Source: an uncultured Chloroflexia bacterium | GTDB lineage: Bacteria; Chloroflexota; Limnocylindria; Limnocylindrales; CSP1-4 | Length of the DNA: 64,000 nt | Direction: 5' to 3' | Assembly: GCA_963734535.1 (NCBI GenBank) | Contig: CAVTHS010000002.1 | Coordinates: 229,551 to 293,550 of the forward strand | Shown: positions 29,824-40,069 of the stretch, one piece after another | How positions within the stretch are numbered: the stretch's first letter is position 1 | Layout: the number at the start of each line of letters is the position of its first letter | Notes under the pieces: generated by a model | What the model saw: only the letters and a program-made list of their open reading frames with translations | Database searches by the model: none | Told to the model about the DNA's origin: nothing | Program-made: the position numbers and the translations under genes

Positions 29824-31260
29824 ATGCGAGCCCCAACGGCTCGCCCGCTCCTCGTGCTCCTGCCGCTCGGGTTGGCGGCGCTGCTCGTCGGGGCTGGGGT
29901 GGCAGCGCTCACGGCCCCGTCGCCCCAGGCGCCCGGGCCGGGCGGCGGGAGCCCGTCGCCCGTCGCGGCGATCCAATCCGCGGCGCCCGCCTCGACGCTC
30001 CCGCCGCTCCCGCCGAGCACATCCCCAAGTGCGCAGGTCGGGACGCCGACCCCGAGCACGCAGATCGGGACCCCGACCCCGAGTGCGCAGGTCGGGACCC
30101 CGACCCCGAGCACGCAGATCGGGACCCCGACCCCGAGCGCGACCGCGACGCCCGCCTCAGCAGCCCCGAGCTCGTCGCCAGTGGCGTCACCCCCAGGGCC
30201 GGTGGCCGTCCCGCAGCACGATCCGGTGAAGTTCGGGTTCGCGGCGAAGGGGATGCGCGGCGAGGTGATGGCGTTCGCCACGATCCCGGAGATGGCCTAC
30301 GCTCGCGACACCCTGGACTTCTCGGCCGTCTCCACGCTCGTCTTCTTCAGCCTCCAGGCGGGGGCGGACGGTGCGCTCCTGCACGACTCCCGCTGGCGGG
30401 CCTGGAACGGATCGGTCTTCGACGCCGTGCGGGACCGGGCGCACGCTGCCGGGACGAGGGTCGTCGTGGCCGTGTCGCGCTTCTCGTGGTCACCGGACGA
30501 GACGGCGATCACCAGCGCGCTGCTCGGAAGCTCCGCGCATCAGCAACGGCTCGCCCGGGAGATCGCGGCAGAGGTGGTCCGGCGTGGGGTGGACGGCGTC
30601 AACGTCGATCTGGAGCCAGTTCCGGTGGGCCAGGCCGGCGCGTTCACGTCATTCGTGCGACGCCTCCGCACCGCGCTCGATGCGGCCGGTTCCGGCCTGC
30701 AGCTCACCGTGGCCATCACCGGCTACTACTCGTCCTACGACGTGCGCGGGCTGGTGGCGCCCGGCGCGGCCGATGCGATCTACCTGATGGGGTACCACTA
30801 CGCCGGGTGGTGGTCGAAGCGGGCCGGCTCCAACGCGCCCCTCGGCGGGGCGGGCTACGACGTGGCGGACACGATCGCGAAGCTTCGCGCGGACGGTGTC
30901 CCGGCGGAGCGGCTGATCGTTGGCGTCCCGTACTACGGGCACCTCTGGCCCACGGCGACCGGTGCGCTGAACGCGCCGACCGTCGGGCAGGGAAGCGACA
31001 TCCAGCTCGCGAACGGTCTCTCGATCCTCGCCACGGTCGCGGCCCACTGGGATCCGGTCCAGCGCGTGACGTGGGCCGCCTGGCGCGAGAACGGGACGTG
31101 GGTCCAGCTCTACCTCGACGACCCGCGAGCGCTCGCCGCGAAGTGGGCCCGATTCCGCGCGCTCGGCCTTCTCGGGACCGGGATGTGGACGATCGGGTTC
31201 GAGGGGCGCCCGGGCGAGGCGAACGCGGCGCTCCGCGAGGCATGGTTGACGGGTCCCTGA
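29824..31260 (+). CDS. Glycoside hydrolase family 18 protein
   Basis: VDGVNVDLE, YLMGYHY, LIVGVPYYG, GTGMWTIG; N-terminal TM or signal plus Pro/Thr linker. Confidence 0.82.
   Translation: MRAPTARPLLVLLPLGLAALLVGAGVAALTAPSPQAPGPGGGSPSPVAAIQSAAPASTLPPLPPSTSPSAQVGTPTPSTQIGTPTPSAQVGTPTPSTQIGTPTPSATATPASAAPSSSPVASPPGPVAVPQHDPVKFGFAAKGMRGEVMAFATIPEMAYARDTLDFSAVSTLVFFSLQAGADGALLHDSRWRAWNGSVFDAVRDRAHAAGTRVVVAVSRFSWSPDETAITSALLGSSAHQQRLAREIAAEVVRRGVDGVNVDLEPVPVGQAGAFTSFVRRLRTALDAAGSGLQLTVAITGYYSSYDVRGLVAPGAADAIYLMGYHYAGWWSKRAGSNAPLGGAGYDVADTIAKLRADGVPAERLIVGVPYYGHLWPTATGALNAPTVGQGSDIQLANGLSILATVAAHWDPVQRVTWAAWRENGTWVQLYLDDPRALAAKWARFRALGLLGTGMWTIGFEGRPGEANAALREAWLTGP
30025..30141 (+). repeat. Intragenic 27-bp tandem repeat x4 encoding PS(A/T)Q(V/I)GTPT
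   Basis: Two variants alternate, giving a 54-bp superunit present twice. Confidence 0.85.
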
Positions 31261-31385
31261 CGCCCCCCCTCGCCGGTGCCGCGCAACGACGGTGCGGGCG
31301 GGTTCAGGCGTTCTTCAGCGATTGGGTATACAACGTGGTCGGGACGCGGAGGACCGCCCCCGCTTCGCCCGGACAGGAGCCCCGC

Positions 31386-32528
31386 ATGGACCAGCCGACC
31401 TTCACCCCGCCGGAGCCGGAATCGGCTGGGGCGCACCTCCCCGAGCCCGCACAGGTCCAGGAACCGGCTGGTGTTCCGAAACCTGCCTTCCCCGTTGGCC
31501 ACGAGCACCCCGCCGAGCCGGCGTACGTTGCTGAACCCGCGTTCCCTCCCGTGCCGACCTCCGTTGCGGGGCCGGCACGTCACGACGAGTGGGCGCCGAT
31601 TGCGGGCGCCCCGGCCGGCCCCGCGATGGGGGACCTCGGAACCTGGGCGCCGTCCGCGGCGGAGCCGGTGTACAGGCCGCCGAGCGGACCCGGGCGGCCG
31701 ACACGCGCCGGTGGGGCGCGTCTGGTCGTGATGGCGGCCGTCCTGTCGGCGGTGCTTTCGTCGGCGATGACGTTCGCGGCGCTCCAGCTCGGAACCGCGG
31801 GCACGGCCGCCACGCCGGCCCCGGCGGCCGGGCGAGCCGCCACCCCTGCCGCGTCGTCGCCGGCCCAGGGGTCGCTCACCGCAGTCGGCGGCGTGGGCGT
31901 TGCGACGCGCGTGGCCGCAGACGCGGCGGCGTCGGTGGTGACGATCGCTACCGAGCAGGCGGGCGTCTTCGATCCGTTCACCGGCGGTGCAGGCTCGACC
32001 GGCAGCGGCTCCGGGTTCGTCGTCTCCGCAGACGGGCTCATCCTCACGAACAACCACGTGATCAACGGGGCAACCACCATCAGCGTCGTCTTCGACGGCG
32101 GCCGGCAGCTCGCCGCGACGGTCGTCGCGGCCGACCGGCAGCTCGACCTTGCCCTGGTACGCGTCTCCGCCACGGACCTGACCCCGCTGGCGCTCGGGGA
32201 CTCCGCCGCGCTCACGGTCGGCGAGGTCGCGATCGCGATCGGCAGCCCGCTCGGCACGTTCTCCGACACGATCACGCAGGGGATCGTGTCGGGTCTCGGC
32301 CGGACGATCGACGTGAGCGACGGCGTCTCACGGCGGACGATCCACCTGACCGGCCTTATCCAGACGGACGCTGCGATCAACCCCGGCAACAGCGGTGGAC
32401 CACTCCTCGACGCGGCGGGGAAGGTCGTCGGGATCGTCACGGCGAGCGCCAGCAATTCGCAGGGGGTCGGGTTCGCGGTGCCGATCGCGGCGGCGCTCCC
32501 CCTGATCAAGGGCGCTGCGGGGAGCTGA
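31386..32528 (+). CDS. HtrA/DegP-like trypsin-fold serine protease without PDZ domain
   Basis: GSGFVV, LTNNHV, DLAL, QTDAAINPGNSGGPL; one TM; ends just after the protease domain; AGGAG RBS. Confidence 0.88.
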   Translation: MDQPTFTPPEPESAGAHLPEPAQVQEPAGVPKPAFPVGHEHPAEPAYVAEPAFPPVPTSVAGPARHDEWAPIAGAPAGPAMGDLGTWAPSAAEPVYRPPSGPGRPTRAGGARLVVMAAVLSAVLSSAMTFAALQLGTAGTAATPAPAAGRAATPAASSPAQGSLTAVGGVGVATRVAADAAASVVTIATEQAGVFDPFTGGAGSTGSGSGFVVSADGLILTNNHVINGATTISVVFDGGRQLAATVVAADRQLDLALVRVSATDLTPLALGDSAALTVGEVAIAIGSPLGTFSDTITQGIVSGLGRTIDVSDGVSRRTIHLTGLIQTDAAINPGNSGGPLLDAAGKVVGIVTASASNSQGVGFAVPIAAALPLIKGAAGS

Positions 32529-32546
32529 CGCCGCGGCGGCCGGACC

Positions 32547-33413
32547 TCAGGCGCTCCGGCTGCCCCGTTCCTGACCGCCATCCGGGCCGCTCTCGCGGAG
32601 GAAGCGCTCGATCTCGGAGATGAGGTCGTCGCCGGACGGGCGACGCGCCTCGTCGACGGTCGCCTCCAGCCGCTCGACGTAGGCGCGCGTTCCCTCGTCG
32701 GCGGCCGTCGCCGCGTCCAGGCGTTCCAGCACCTGGCGAGACTCGTCCCGGAGCGCGCCCGGGGCCACCTCGTGGCCGAGGTGACGGCTCAGCACCCGGA
32801 GCAGCTCGACTGCGGCCGGAACGTAGGCCCCGGTCACGTAGTGCGGCACCTGCGCGAAGTACCCGACGGCCGGGATGCCGGCCCGCGCGATCGCATGGTC
32901 CAGGACCGAGATCGCCGCCGCCGGCACCCGCAGGATGCCGTCGGGAGCGGGCATCACGTTCGCACGGAGGAGACCCGGCGCCGACTCCGTTCCCAGGATC
33001 GGGACGTCGCGCGTATGTGGCACGGCCGCCGGGATGGCGCCGAGGCTGATCCACTCGGCGACGCCCAGGCGCCGGGCAAGCTCGACCGCCGACGCCGACA
33101 GCTCGCGCCAGAGGAAGTCGGGTTCCGGCCCGGTGAGGACCAGCACATCCTGCTCGCCGACCTTCGTCCGGCGGAGGGTCAGCTCGGGCCACTCGAGGGT
33201 TGCCGGGCGGCCGTCCACGATGTCGAGCGTCGGCCTCCGCGCGCGGTAGTCGTACAGGCGATCGTCGTCGAACGTCGCGACGCGCGCGCCGCCGTCGGCG
33301 ACGTGGCCGGCGGCGGCCGTCGCAGCCCCGCCGGCGTCGACCCACCCGTCGAGGGCGGCAATGACCACGGGGGCGACCAGGTCGCCGGCGTTCTCGATCT
33401 CGAGCAGGACCAT
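32547..33413 (-). CDS. PAC2 family (proteasome assembly chaperone-like) protein
   Basis: LDGWVDAGGAA, YDYRARRP, GPEPDFLW, VPHTR, QVPHYV. Confidence 0.85.
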   Translation of the reverse strand: MVLLEIENAGDLVAPVVIAALDGWVDAGGAATAAAGHVADGGARVATFDDDRLYDYRARRPTLDIVDGRPATLEWPELTLRRTKVGEQDVLVLTGPEPDFLWRELSASAVELARRLGVAEWISLGAIPAAVPHTRDVPILGTESAPGLLRANVMPAPDGILRVPAAAISVLDHAIARAGIPAVGYFAQVPHYVTGAYVPAAVELLRVLSRHLGHEVAPGALRDESRQVLERLDAATAADEGTRAYVERLEATVDEARRPSGDDLISEIERFLRESGPDGGQERGSRSA

Positions 33414-33564
33414 GCGCGGAAGCATACGGCGCCGGCCGACGCGTGCAGGAGGACCAAGAAATCGTTGGCGCGACATGCAATTCTTGACACCGGCGCGTCC
33501 CACCCCTGAACAGACCCCTGGCCCGGTGCCCGGGCCCTGGGTTGCCCTGCCCTGGAGGCCGCGG

Positions 33565-34911
33565 ATGGATGCTGGCGAACGGAGCCGCCCTTTTCACTGG
33601 ACCCTGAAGCGCGAGGGCGTCATCGCCCCGGACGAACGGCTGCCGTGGGGGCAGACGATCGCGGTTGGGCTCCAGCACATCTTTGCGATGTTCGGCGCGA
33701 CGGTCCTCGCCCCGATCCTGATGGGCTTCGACCCGAACACGGCGATCCTGTTCTCCGGCATCGGGACGCTCATCTTCTTCGTGATCGTCGGTGGGCGCGT
33801 GCCCAGCTACCTCGGCTCCAGCTTCGCCTTCATCGCGGTCGTCAATGCCGCGAGCGGGCTCGCATCCGGCGGCACGCCGAACTTCGCGGTCGCGCTGGGC
33901 GGCATCATCGCGGCGGGCGCCCTCTACGCCGGGGTCGGCGTGGTCGTGATGGCCGTCGGGTACCGCTGGATCGAGCGCCTGATGCCGCCCGTGGTGACCG
34001 GAGCGGTCGTGGCGGTCATCGGCCTCAACCTCGCCCCGGTCGCCATCAGCGACCTCGCCGGCAAGGATGCGGCCACCACGTCGTTCAACCAGCTCATCGG
34101 CCTCTTCACCGTCCTGAGCGTCGCCGCCGTCGCCGTCTACGCGCCAGGCATCCTGCGCAGGCTGCCGATCCTCCTCGGCGGCGTCATCGGCTACGTCGTC
34201 TACCTCGTGCTGGCGAACGGGATGGGCATTGGCCCGGCGATCGACTTCACCAAGCTGGGCGACGCGGCCTGGATCGGGATGCCCAACTTCACCGCCCCGT
34301 CGTTCTCGATCAACGCCATCACGTTGATCGCCCCCGTCGCGCTCGTGCTGGTGGCCGAGAACCTGGGCCACGTCAAGGCGGTCGGGGCCATGACGGGCCG
34401 GAACCTCGACCCATACCTGGGGCGGGCGTTCCTCGGCGACGGCATCGCCACGATGGTCGCGGGCTTCGGGGGCGGGACCGGCGTCACCACGTACGCCGAG
34501 AACATCGGCGTCATGGCCGTCACCAAGATCTACTCGACGCTCATCTTCGTGATCGCGGCGATCGTGGCGATCGCGCTCGGCTTCTCCCCGAAGTTCGGGG
34601 CCCTCATCGGGACGATCCCGTGGGCGGTCCTTGGTGGTCTCGCGATCGTCCTGTTCGGCCTCATCGCGGCGACCGGCGCCCGGATCTGGGGCGAGAACAA
34701 GGTCGACTTCAGCAGCAGCCGCAACCTCATCACGGTCGCCGCGGCGCTGACCATGGGTGCGGGCAACTTCACGGTGAAGATCGGTGACTTCGAGATGGGC
34801 GGAATCGGAACCGCGACCCTCACCGCGATCATCCTGTACCAGGTCCTGAGCGCCCGGGGCGGCGGGGCCGTGGCTCCGGAACCTGCGCCAGTGGCCACGA
34901 CGTCGGCGTAG
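33565..34911 (+). CDS. NCS2 nucleobase:cation symporter (UraA/RutG-like)
   Basis: GLQHIFAMFGATVL, PSYLGSSFAFI, ENLGH, TTYAENIGV. Confidence 0.92.
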   Translation: MDAGERSRPFHWTLKREGVIAPDERLPWGQTIAVGLQHIFAMFGATVLAPILMGFDPNTAILFSGIGTLIFFVIVGGRVPSYLGSSFAFIAVVNAASGLASGGTPNFAVALGGIIAAGALYAGVGVVVMAVGYRWIERLMPPVVTGAVVAVIGLNLAPVAISDLAGKDAATTSFNQLIGLFTVLSVAAVAVYAPGILRRLPILLGGVIGYVVYLVLANGMGIGPAIDFTKLGDAAWIGMPNFTAPSFSINAITLIAPVALVLVAENLGHVKAVGAMTGRNLDPYLGRAFLGDGIATMVAGFGGGTGVTTYAENIGVMAVTKIYSTLIFVIAAIVAIALGFSPKFGALIGTIPWAVLGGLAIVLFGLIAATGARIWGENKVDFSSSRNLITVAAALTMGAGNFTVKIGDFEMGGIGTATLTAIILYQVLSARGGGAVAPEPAPVATTSA

Positions 34912-35011
34912 GGCGTCGCGCACCCGCCGGCCGGGACGCCGGCTTCGGCCGTCCCGACCGTCGGCCCTCTTCGGGACGTTCGGCCCTCCGCGGCAGGGGA
35001 TCGCCGCGCCT

Positions 35012-35068
35012 ACGGTGCACGATGCACCGGACGGTGCACGATGCACCGGACGGTGCACGATGCACCTG
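35012..35068. repeat. 3 tandem copies of a 19-bp unit containing a 7-3-7 palindrome
   Basis: ACGGTGCACGATGCACCGG x3 (one change in the last copy); CGGTGCA/TGCACCG inverted. Confidence 0.9.
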
Positions 35069-35137
35069 GCAAGGGCACGCGGGATCCGCGCGATCGCCGC
35101 GTGCGGCCGGACCGGGCTATCAGCGAGGGGATGAACC

Positions 35138-35647
35138 ATGAAGGTGCTTGTCAGCGCCGCCTCCAGGCACGGCGCGACCGCCGAGATCGCCGGCGCGATC
35201 GGCGAGACGCTCACGGAGGCCGGCATGGAGGCCGTCGTCCTGGCGCCCGATGCCGTCACGACGCTCGATGGATACGACGCGGTGATCCTTGGAAGCGGCA
35301 TCTACGTGGGACACTGGATGGACGCGGCGAAGAACCTCGTCGAGCGCCATTCGGCTGCCCTCGCCTCGCGGCCGGTCTGGCTCTTCTCCAGCGGGCCGAT
35401 CGGGGAGCCTCCGAAGCCCGAGGAGGATCCGGCCGACATCGCCGAGATCATCGAGTCGACCCATGCCCGCGACCACCGGCTCTTCGCCGGGAAGGTGGAC
35501 AAGGCCGTCCTGGGCCTCGGCGAGAAGGTGATCCTCAAGGCCGTCCGGGCGCAGGACGGGGACTTTCGTCCCTGGGAGGACGTCCGCGCGTGGGCGGGCG
35601 GGATTGCCGCGACCCTCAAGGCCGAATCGCCTGCCGCAGGAGCGTGA
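35138..35647 (+). CDS. Flavodoxin-domain protein (HemG-like)
   Basis: SRHGATAEIA, YDAVILGSGIY, VWLFSSGP, GDFRPW. Confidence 0.85.
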   Translation: MKVLVSAASRHGATAEIAGAIGETLTEAGMEAVVLAPDAVTTLDGYDAVILGSGIYVGHWMDAAKNLVERHSAALASRPVWLFSSGPIGEPPKPEEDPADIAEIIESTHARDHRLFAGKVDKAVLGLGEKVILKAVRAQDGDFRPWEDVRAWAGGIAATLKAESPAAGA

Positions 35648-35707
35648 GCGCCAAGCGCTCCCGCCGCATGGTGGACGGACGGGCGCCGGATCGGTGAGGT
35701 GCACTCG

Positions 35708-36113
35708 ATGAAGCGGGATCTTCAGGCGCGCTGCGGCGGTCTTCTTCGCCCTGCACGGCCTGGTTCACGCGATGGGCTTTGCCGCCGCGTGGCAGCTCGC
35801 GACGCTCCCCGAGATCGCGTACAGGACCACCGCGCTCAACGGCGCCGTCGAGATCGGCGACCTGGGCGCGCGCCTCCTGGGGGTCGGCTGGCTCGTCAGT
35901 GGAGGCGCGTTCCTGGTCGCCGCGTGGGCCACCTGGCGAGATGCGCCGTGGGCCCTTCGCGGGGCCGTCGTCGCGGCAACTGCCTCGATGGTGATCTGCG
36001 CCCTCGGGCTCCCGGATGCCTATCGGGGCCTCGCGATCGACGTCGCGATCCTGGTCGGTGCCGGCCTGCTCGTGGTCGGGCGTTCCGTCCGCCTGGGCTC
36101 GCTCGTCCGCTGA
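35708..36113 (+). CDS. Small membrane protein (one extra G near 35716)
   Basis: GAGGTG RBS plus ATG; removing one G from CGGG gives MKRIFRRAAAVFFALHGLVHAMGF... with about 4 TM segments. Confidence 0.65.
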
Positions 36114-36278
36114 CGGGGCTCGCTGCCCCGCACGGATGGAAGCACAGCCCATCGCGGGTCGGTGACTCGGCCTGCCGCGGCGCACCGCCGCCTCTGATAC
36201 GAGGGTCCTCCGGTGGGCGCTGTGCGCCGTCGACCGGCCGCGCCCGTCGCGCTGGCCGCCGGGTGGGTCCCGAAACGC

Positions 36279-37307
36279 CTACCCGGCCCTCGCGACCGTG
36301 TCGCCGACCTCGCGCGCAAGCGCGAACCGGAGGCCTCCGTAGGCCACCAGGTCGACCGCGAGCCCGCCAAGGCCCGCGAGCTGCGAGCTGTAGAAGACGA
36401 ACACCTGGGTGATCAGGATCCAGACCAGGAGTCCGCGCATCAGCCACCGGTAGGCGTCCGCGTGCGACGCGTGGAGGCTCAGGATGCCCCGCGCGACGAG
36501 GACGGCGCCCGCGAGCGTCGAGACGAGCTGGGCCACCGTCGCGGCGGCTGAGGTCTCCGGCGCACCCGGCGCGGGCGCTTCCTTGGTGACCACGAGCACG
36601 CCGAGGACCGCGAACGCCGTGTAGGCGATCACGCCGACGACGAGCGCTCGCTCGGACCAGGGGTTCGCCATGACGGCCCGGTAGGCGTCGCCGAGCCCCC
36701 GGCGAATCCGTTCGATCGGCGATTCCGTGTCCGGGATTCCGGGAAGCCCGGCGACGTACCGCCGCAGGAGAAGGGTCAGCTCGGATTCCGGGTCGGCCTG
36801 GCGTAGCAGCCGGTGGATGCGCGCCCGGTCGTCGGGCTCGATCGGCCGGTCGAGGGTGCTCTCCAGCAGGGCGAGCGCATTCGCCAGCGCCTCGTTCGGA
36901 CGCAGCATTCGGCGTCCGATCAGCGTCCGAGTCGCCAGGAAGGTGGCCACGAAGGTCACGTAGATCACCGCCACCGCGGGCCGGAAGAAGTAGTCGTTGT
37001 CGGCGGTCACGAACTTGCCGATCTCGTCCACGAACGTGCCGAAGCCCAGGCCGGCCACGACCGCCGCGACGTGCTGGGCAGACCGGTCGAGGTACGCCAG
37101 CAGGAGCATGAGCGCGGCGAGCATCAGCAGGCCGCCCCACAGGAGGTGGGCGATGTGGATCCCGCTCGCACCGAGCTGCGGATAGCCGGTGACGGCGAGG
37201 AAGGCCCGGATCGCGAGGAACGAGACAACCGCGGCGATGAAGAAGCTCTCGAGCAGGAGCGCGGCATCCGCGTTGCGCATCCATCGGGCGAGGTGTCGAT
37301 CGGTCAT
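36279..37307 (-). CDS. Hypothetical multi-pass membrane protein
   Basis: HIAHLLWGG, GFGTFVDEIGKFVTADNDYF; many hydrophobic helices. Confidence 0.75.
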   Translation of the reverse strand: MTDRHLARWMRNADAALLLESFFIAAVVSFLAIRAFLAVTGYPQLGASGIHIAHLLWGGLLMLAALMLLLAYLDRSAQHVAAVVAGLGFGTFVDEIGKFVTADNDYFFRPAVAVIYVTFVATFLATRTLIGRRMLRPNEALANALALLESTLDRPIEPDDRARIHRLLRQADPESELTLLLRRYVAGLPGIPDTESPIERIRRGLGDAYRAVMANPWSERALVVGVIAYTAFAVLGVLVVTKEAPAPGAPETSAAATVAQLVSTLAGAVLVARGILSLHASHADAYRWLMRGLLVWILITQVFVFYSSQLAGLGGLAVDLVAYGGLRFALAREVGDTVARAG

Positions 37308-37347
37308 CGCGTCGAGAATAGCGTCGCCACCGACGGGTGCGGCTCGG

Positions 37348-39984
37348 CTATCGAACGGTGTATCGGGCGACCAGGCTCCACGCGCTCGCGCCGTTGGAGG
37401 TCGTGGCGCCGGCCGACGACCGCACGTACCACGATCCCGGGAGGCCGAATCGCCAGGCCAGCCGGGCCCTCCCGGTCGCGTCGGTGACCACCGACACGCG
37501 GCGATAGAGGACCCAGACCGTCCCGATCCGGCGGTAGACGACGTAGCTCACCGTGGCCCGCGGGAGCCCGGCACCGGCAGGCCGGACGCTCGAGGTGAAG
37601 GTGACGGTGGTCCCCCGGGCGATCGTCTTCGCCGGGCGGATCGACGCGGTGAGCGCGATCGACTGGCGGACGATGACCCGCACGGGATAGCTGGTGGCGG
37701 CCGGGAGGTCCGGGCCGCCCTCGAAGCGGACGCGGTACCAGCCGGTCACGGTCGGCGCGGTGCTCACGACGAGCCCACCGGTCGCATCCGTCGACAGGCT
37801 CCCCGATGAGGTCCAGTGGAGGCCGTCGACCGATCGTTCGACCGCGAGCGGCTGGCCCCCCGTGACCGGAACCGGAGCGAAGCTGGCGGTCAGCGCCGCC
37901 GTCGCGCCGAGCGTGATGGTGCCCTGTCGGGCAGCCAGCGTCAGCGGGAGGGCCGAACCCGGGTCGAGGATGTCGAACGGTGCGGATGAGGCCGGCGCCA
38001 GTCCGCTCGCGTCCGCCCGGATCACGTAACCGCTCCCGGGTCGATCGATCGAGCAGTCGACGAAGGTGGCGACACCGCCGACCGCCGCCCGGGTGAGCCC
38101 GTTGGGGCACGCGAGCGTTGCGCCGGTCGGGTTGCTCCCGAGCGAGATTGCCACGCTGCCGGTGCTGCCGGGGCCGAGCCCGACGACGAGCCCCGCGGCG
38201 TCGACGAGCTGCACGGTGGGCTGTCCGGTGAGCGGCGCGCCGGCGACCGCGCCGGTCGGGGGCGTGGCGAACGCGAGGGCCGCGGCCGGTGAGAAGGGGA
38301 GCGGGCCGAGGTCCAGCCGGCCCGCGCCGAAGGTCGAGTTCGGGACATTGCCGCCGAGGGGGAACGCATGCGAACGGAGCCAGTCGGCCAGCTGGGTCGG
38401 GGTCAACGTGGGGCGTGCCTGCAGGACCTGGGCTGCGGCGCCGGTCACGAACGGCGCCGACTCGCTCGTCCCGCAGAACGGGTTGTCCGTGGTCGTGGGC
38501 GCACAGTCGGCCGCGACGAGGTCGGGTTTCGTCCGCCCGTCGAGCGTCGGGCCACGCGAGCTGTAGGACTCGATGACCGTCGGTCGGTCGAGGCTGACCG
38601 CACCGACCGCGAGCATCCCGGGGTTCGCACTGTCGGCCGGGGTGGGCAGGGTGCCCTCCGCGACCTGCTGCGTCAGCTCGACATCCTCGCTCGTGCCGAC
38701 GAGGAGCTGCATCCGGGGCGTCGGGGCGCCGGCGACGCGCCGGATCCTGATGCCGTACGTGCCGGCGCGGGGGGCCTGGTACTCGACGACCTCGAACGGA
38801 TCGCCGGCGCCGGCCTGGACGTCCCTCGACGAGGCGACCAGGGTCGACCCGGAATAGAGCTCGAGGTCATAGTTGTTCGCCGATGCACCCCATGGATCGG
38901 CCCACCGGATCGCCAGGGTCACGTCGGCGCCGGCGGCCAGCGTCATGCTGTCGGACTCCACGCCGGGGGCGAACTCGAGCAGGCCGTCATCGTTGGTGTC
39001 GCTCCAGGCGCCGGTCCACCCGGAATCGCCCGCGTTGCCGGCCGCGTTCACCCAGAGCGCACCGGCCGCCACGGCCTGGTCCACCAGCCCGTAGAGCGAA
39101 TCGCCGTACGGCGAGGTGCCGTCGCCCGGTCCCTCGAAGATGAGGCCGGAGAAGAACGACGCGTTGATGATCCGGACGCCGTTCCCGGTCATCCAGGCAA
39201 CGGCCCGCTGCTCGTCGAGCGACGAGATCGGGTCCGCCACGTACAGGTCGATCCCGGGGGCCATGTCGAAGACCGCCTCGGCCACGGCGGTCCCGTGTGT
39301 CTCGCCGTTGGCGCAGTCGGCCAGGTCCGAGGTGAAGGATCCCACGGCCGTGTAGCAGTGCGCATGGACCACCGCCGGTACGTCGCTCCCGAGCCGCGAC
39401 GCGATCCCGGCAAAGCCGCCGTCGATGATCCCGACCTTCACCCCGGTTCCGGTCAGGCCCGCGGCCTGCCAGGCAGTCGACCCGTGGAGCGCCACGGCTG
39501 GGCTGATACTCCCGGTCACCGGGCGCCGCCGGATCGGGCGGATCGCCCGGATGCCGTCGACTCCCGCGAGCGTCGCCAGGCGGTCCGTCGCGACGTAGGC
39601 CTCGACCGTTCGCTCCGCGCGGTTTACGACGCGGGCGCCCGCACTCGCCAGGGCGTCGAGGGCCGGGCTCGCCGTGCTGCCGTCGAGCTCGATCGCCACC
39701 GCCACCGCGGGTTCGCCCGGGCGATCTTCGGTCACGAGCCCCGCGACGAGCCGGCCCCGCTCGGCGGCGGAGATACGCCCGGACGCGAGCTGCCAGAGCG
39801 GCTCGCGCAGGATCTCGCGCAGCGACGGGTGCGCAGACACCCCGGAGGCCGGTCCGACCCTGGCGCCCGACCCGGGCTCCGCGCCCACCGCGACGCCGCC
39901 GGCGACCATCGTGGCGCCCAGCGACAGGCAGGCCGCGACCGTGGCCAGCAACAGGCGGCGAGAGTGTCGGCGAACTCGGGGCAT
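37348..39984 (-). CDS. Secreted S8 subtilisin-like serine peptidase with C-terminal beta-rich domains
   Basis: Triad motifs GIIDGG, HGTAVA, GTSESAP; oxyanion AAGN; YSSRGP...KPD; signal peptide. Confidence 0.88.
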   Translation of the reverse strand: MPRVRRHSRRLLLATVAACLSLGATMVAGGVAVGAEPGSGARVGPASGVSAHPSLREILREPLWQLASGRISAAERGRLVAGLVTEDRPGEPAVAVAIELDGSTASPALDALASAGARVVNRAERTVEAYVATDRLATLAGVDGIRAIRPIRRRPVTGSISPAVALHGSTAWQAAGLTGTGVKVGIIDGGFAGIASRLGSDVPAVVHAHCYTAVGSFTSDLADCANGETHGTAVAEAVFDMAPGIDLYVADPISSLDEQRAVAWMTGNGVRIINASFFSGLIFEGPGDGTSPYGDSLYGLVDQAVAAGALWVNAAGNAGDSGWTGAWSDTNDDGLLEFAPGVESDSMTLAAGADVTLAIRWADPWGASANNYDLELYSGSTLVASSRDVQAGAGDPFEVVEYQAPRAGTYGIRIRRVAGAPTPRMQLLVGTSEDVELTQQVAEGTLPTPADSANPGMLAVGAVSLDRPTVIESYSSRGPTLDGRTKPDLVAADCAPTTTDNPFCGTSESAPFVTGAAAQVLQARPTLTPTQLADWLRSHAFPLGGNVPNSTFGAGRLDLGPLPFSPAAALAFATPPTGAVAGAPLTGQPTVQLVDAAGLVVGLGPGSTGSVAISLGSNPTGATLACPNGLTRAAVGGVATFVDCSIDRPGSGYVIRADASGLAPASSAPFDILDPGSALPLTLAARQGTITLGATAALTASFAPVPVTGGQPLAVERSVDGLHWTSSGSLSTDATGGLVVSTAPTVTGWYRVRFEGGPDLPAATSYPVRVIVRQSIALTASIRPAKTIARGTTVTFTSSVRPAGAGLPRATVSYVVYRRIGTVWVLYRRVSVVTDATGRARLAWRFGLPGSWYVRSSAGATTSNGASAWSLVARYTVR

Positions 39985-40069
39985 CGCCGTCAGGGTAGAA
40001 CCCCGGGGCCGAATCCGCCCGGATGACCCGGCGGGCGATCCGGAGGGCTCCGGTGGCCAGCCGCGAGTG

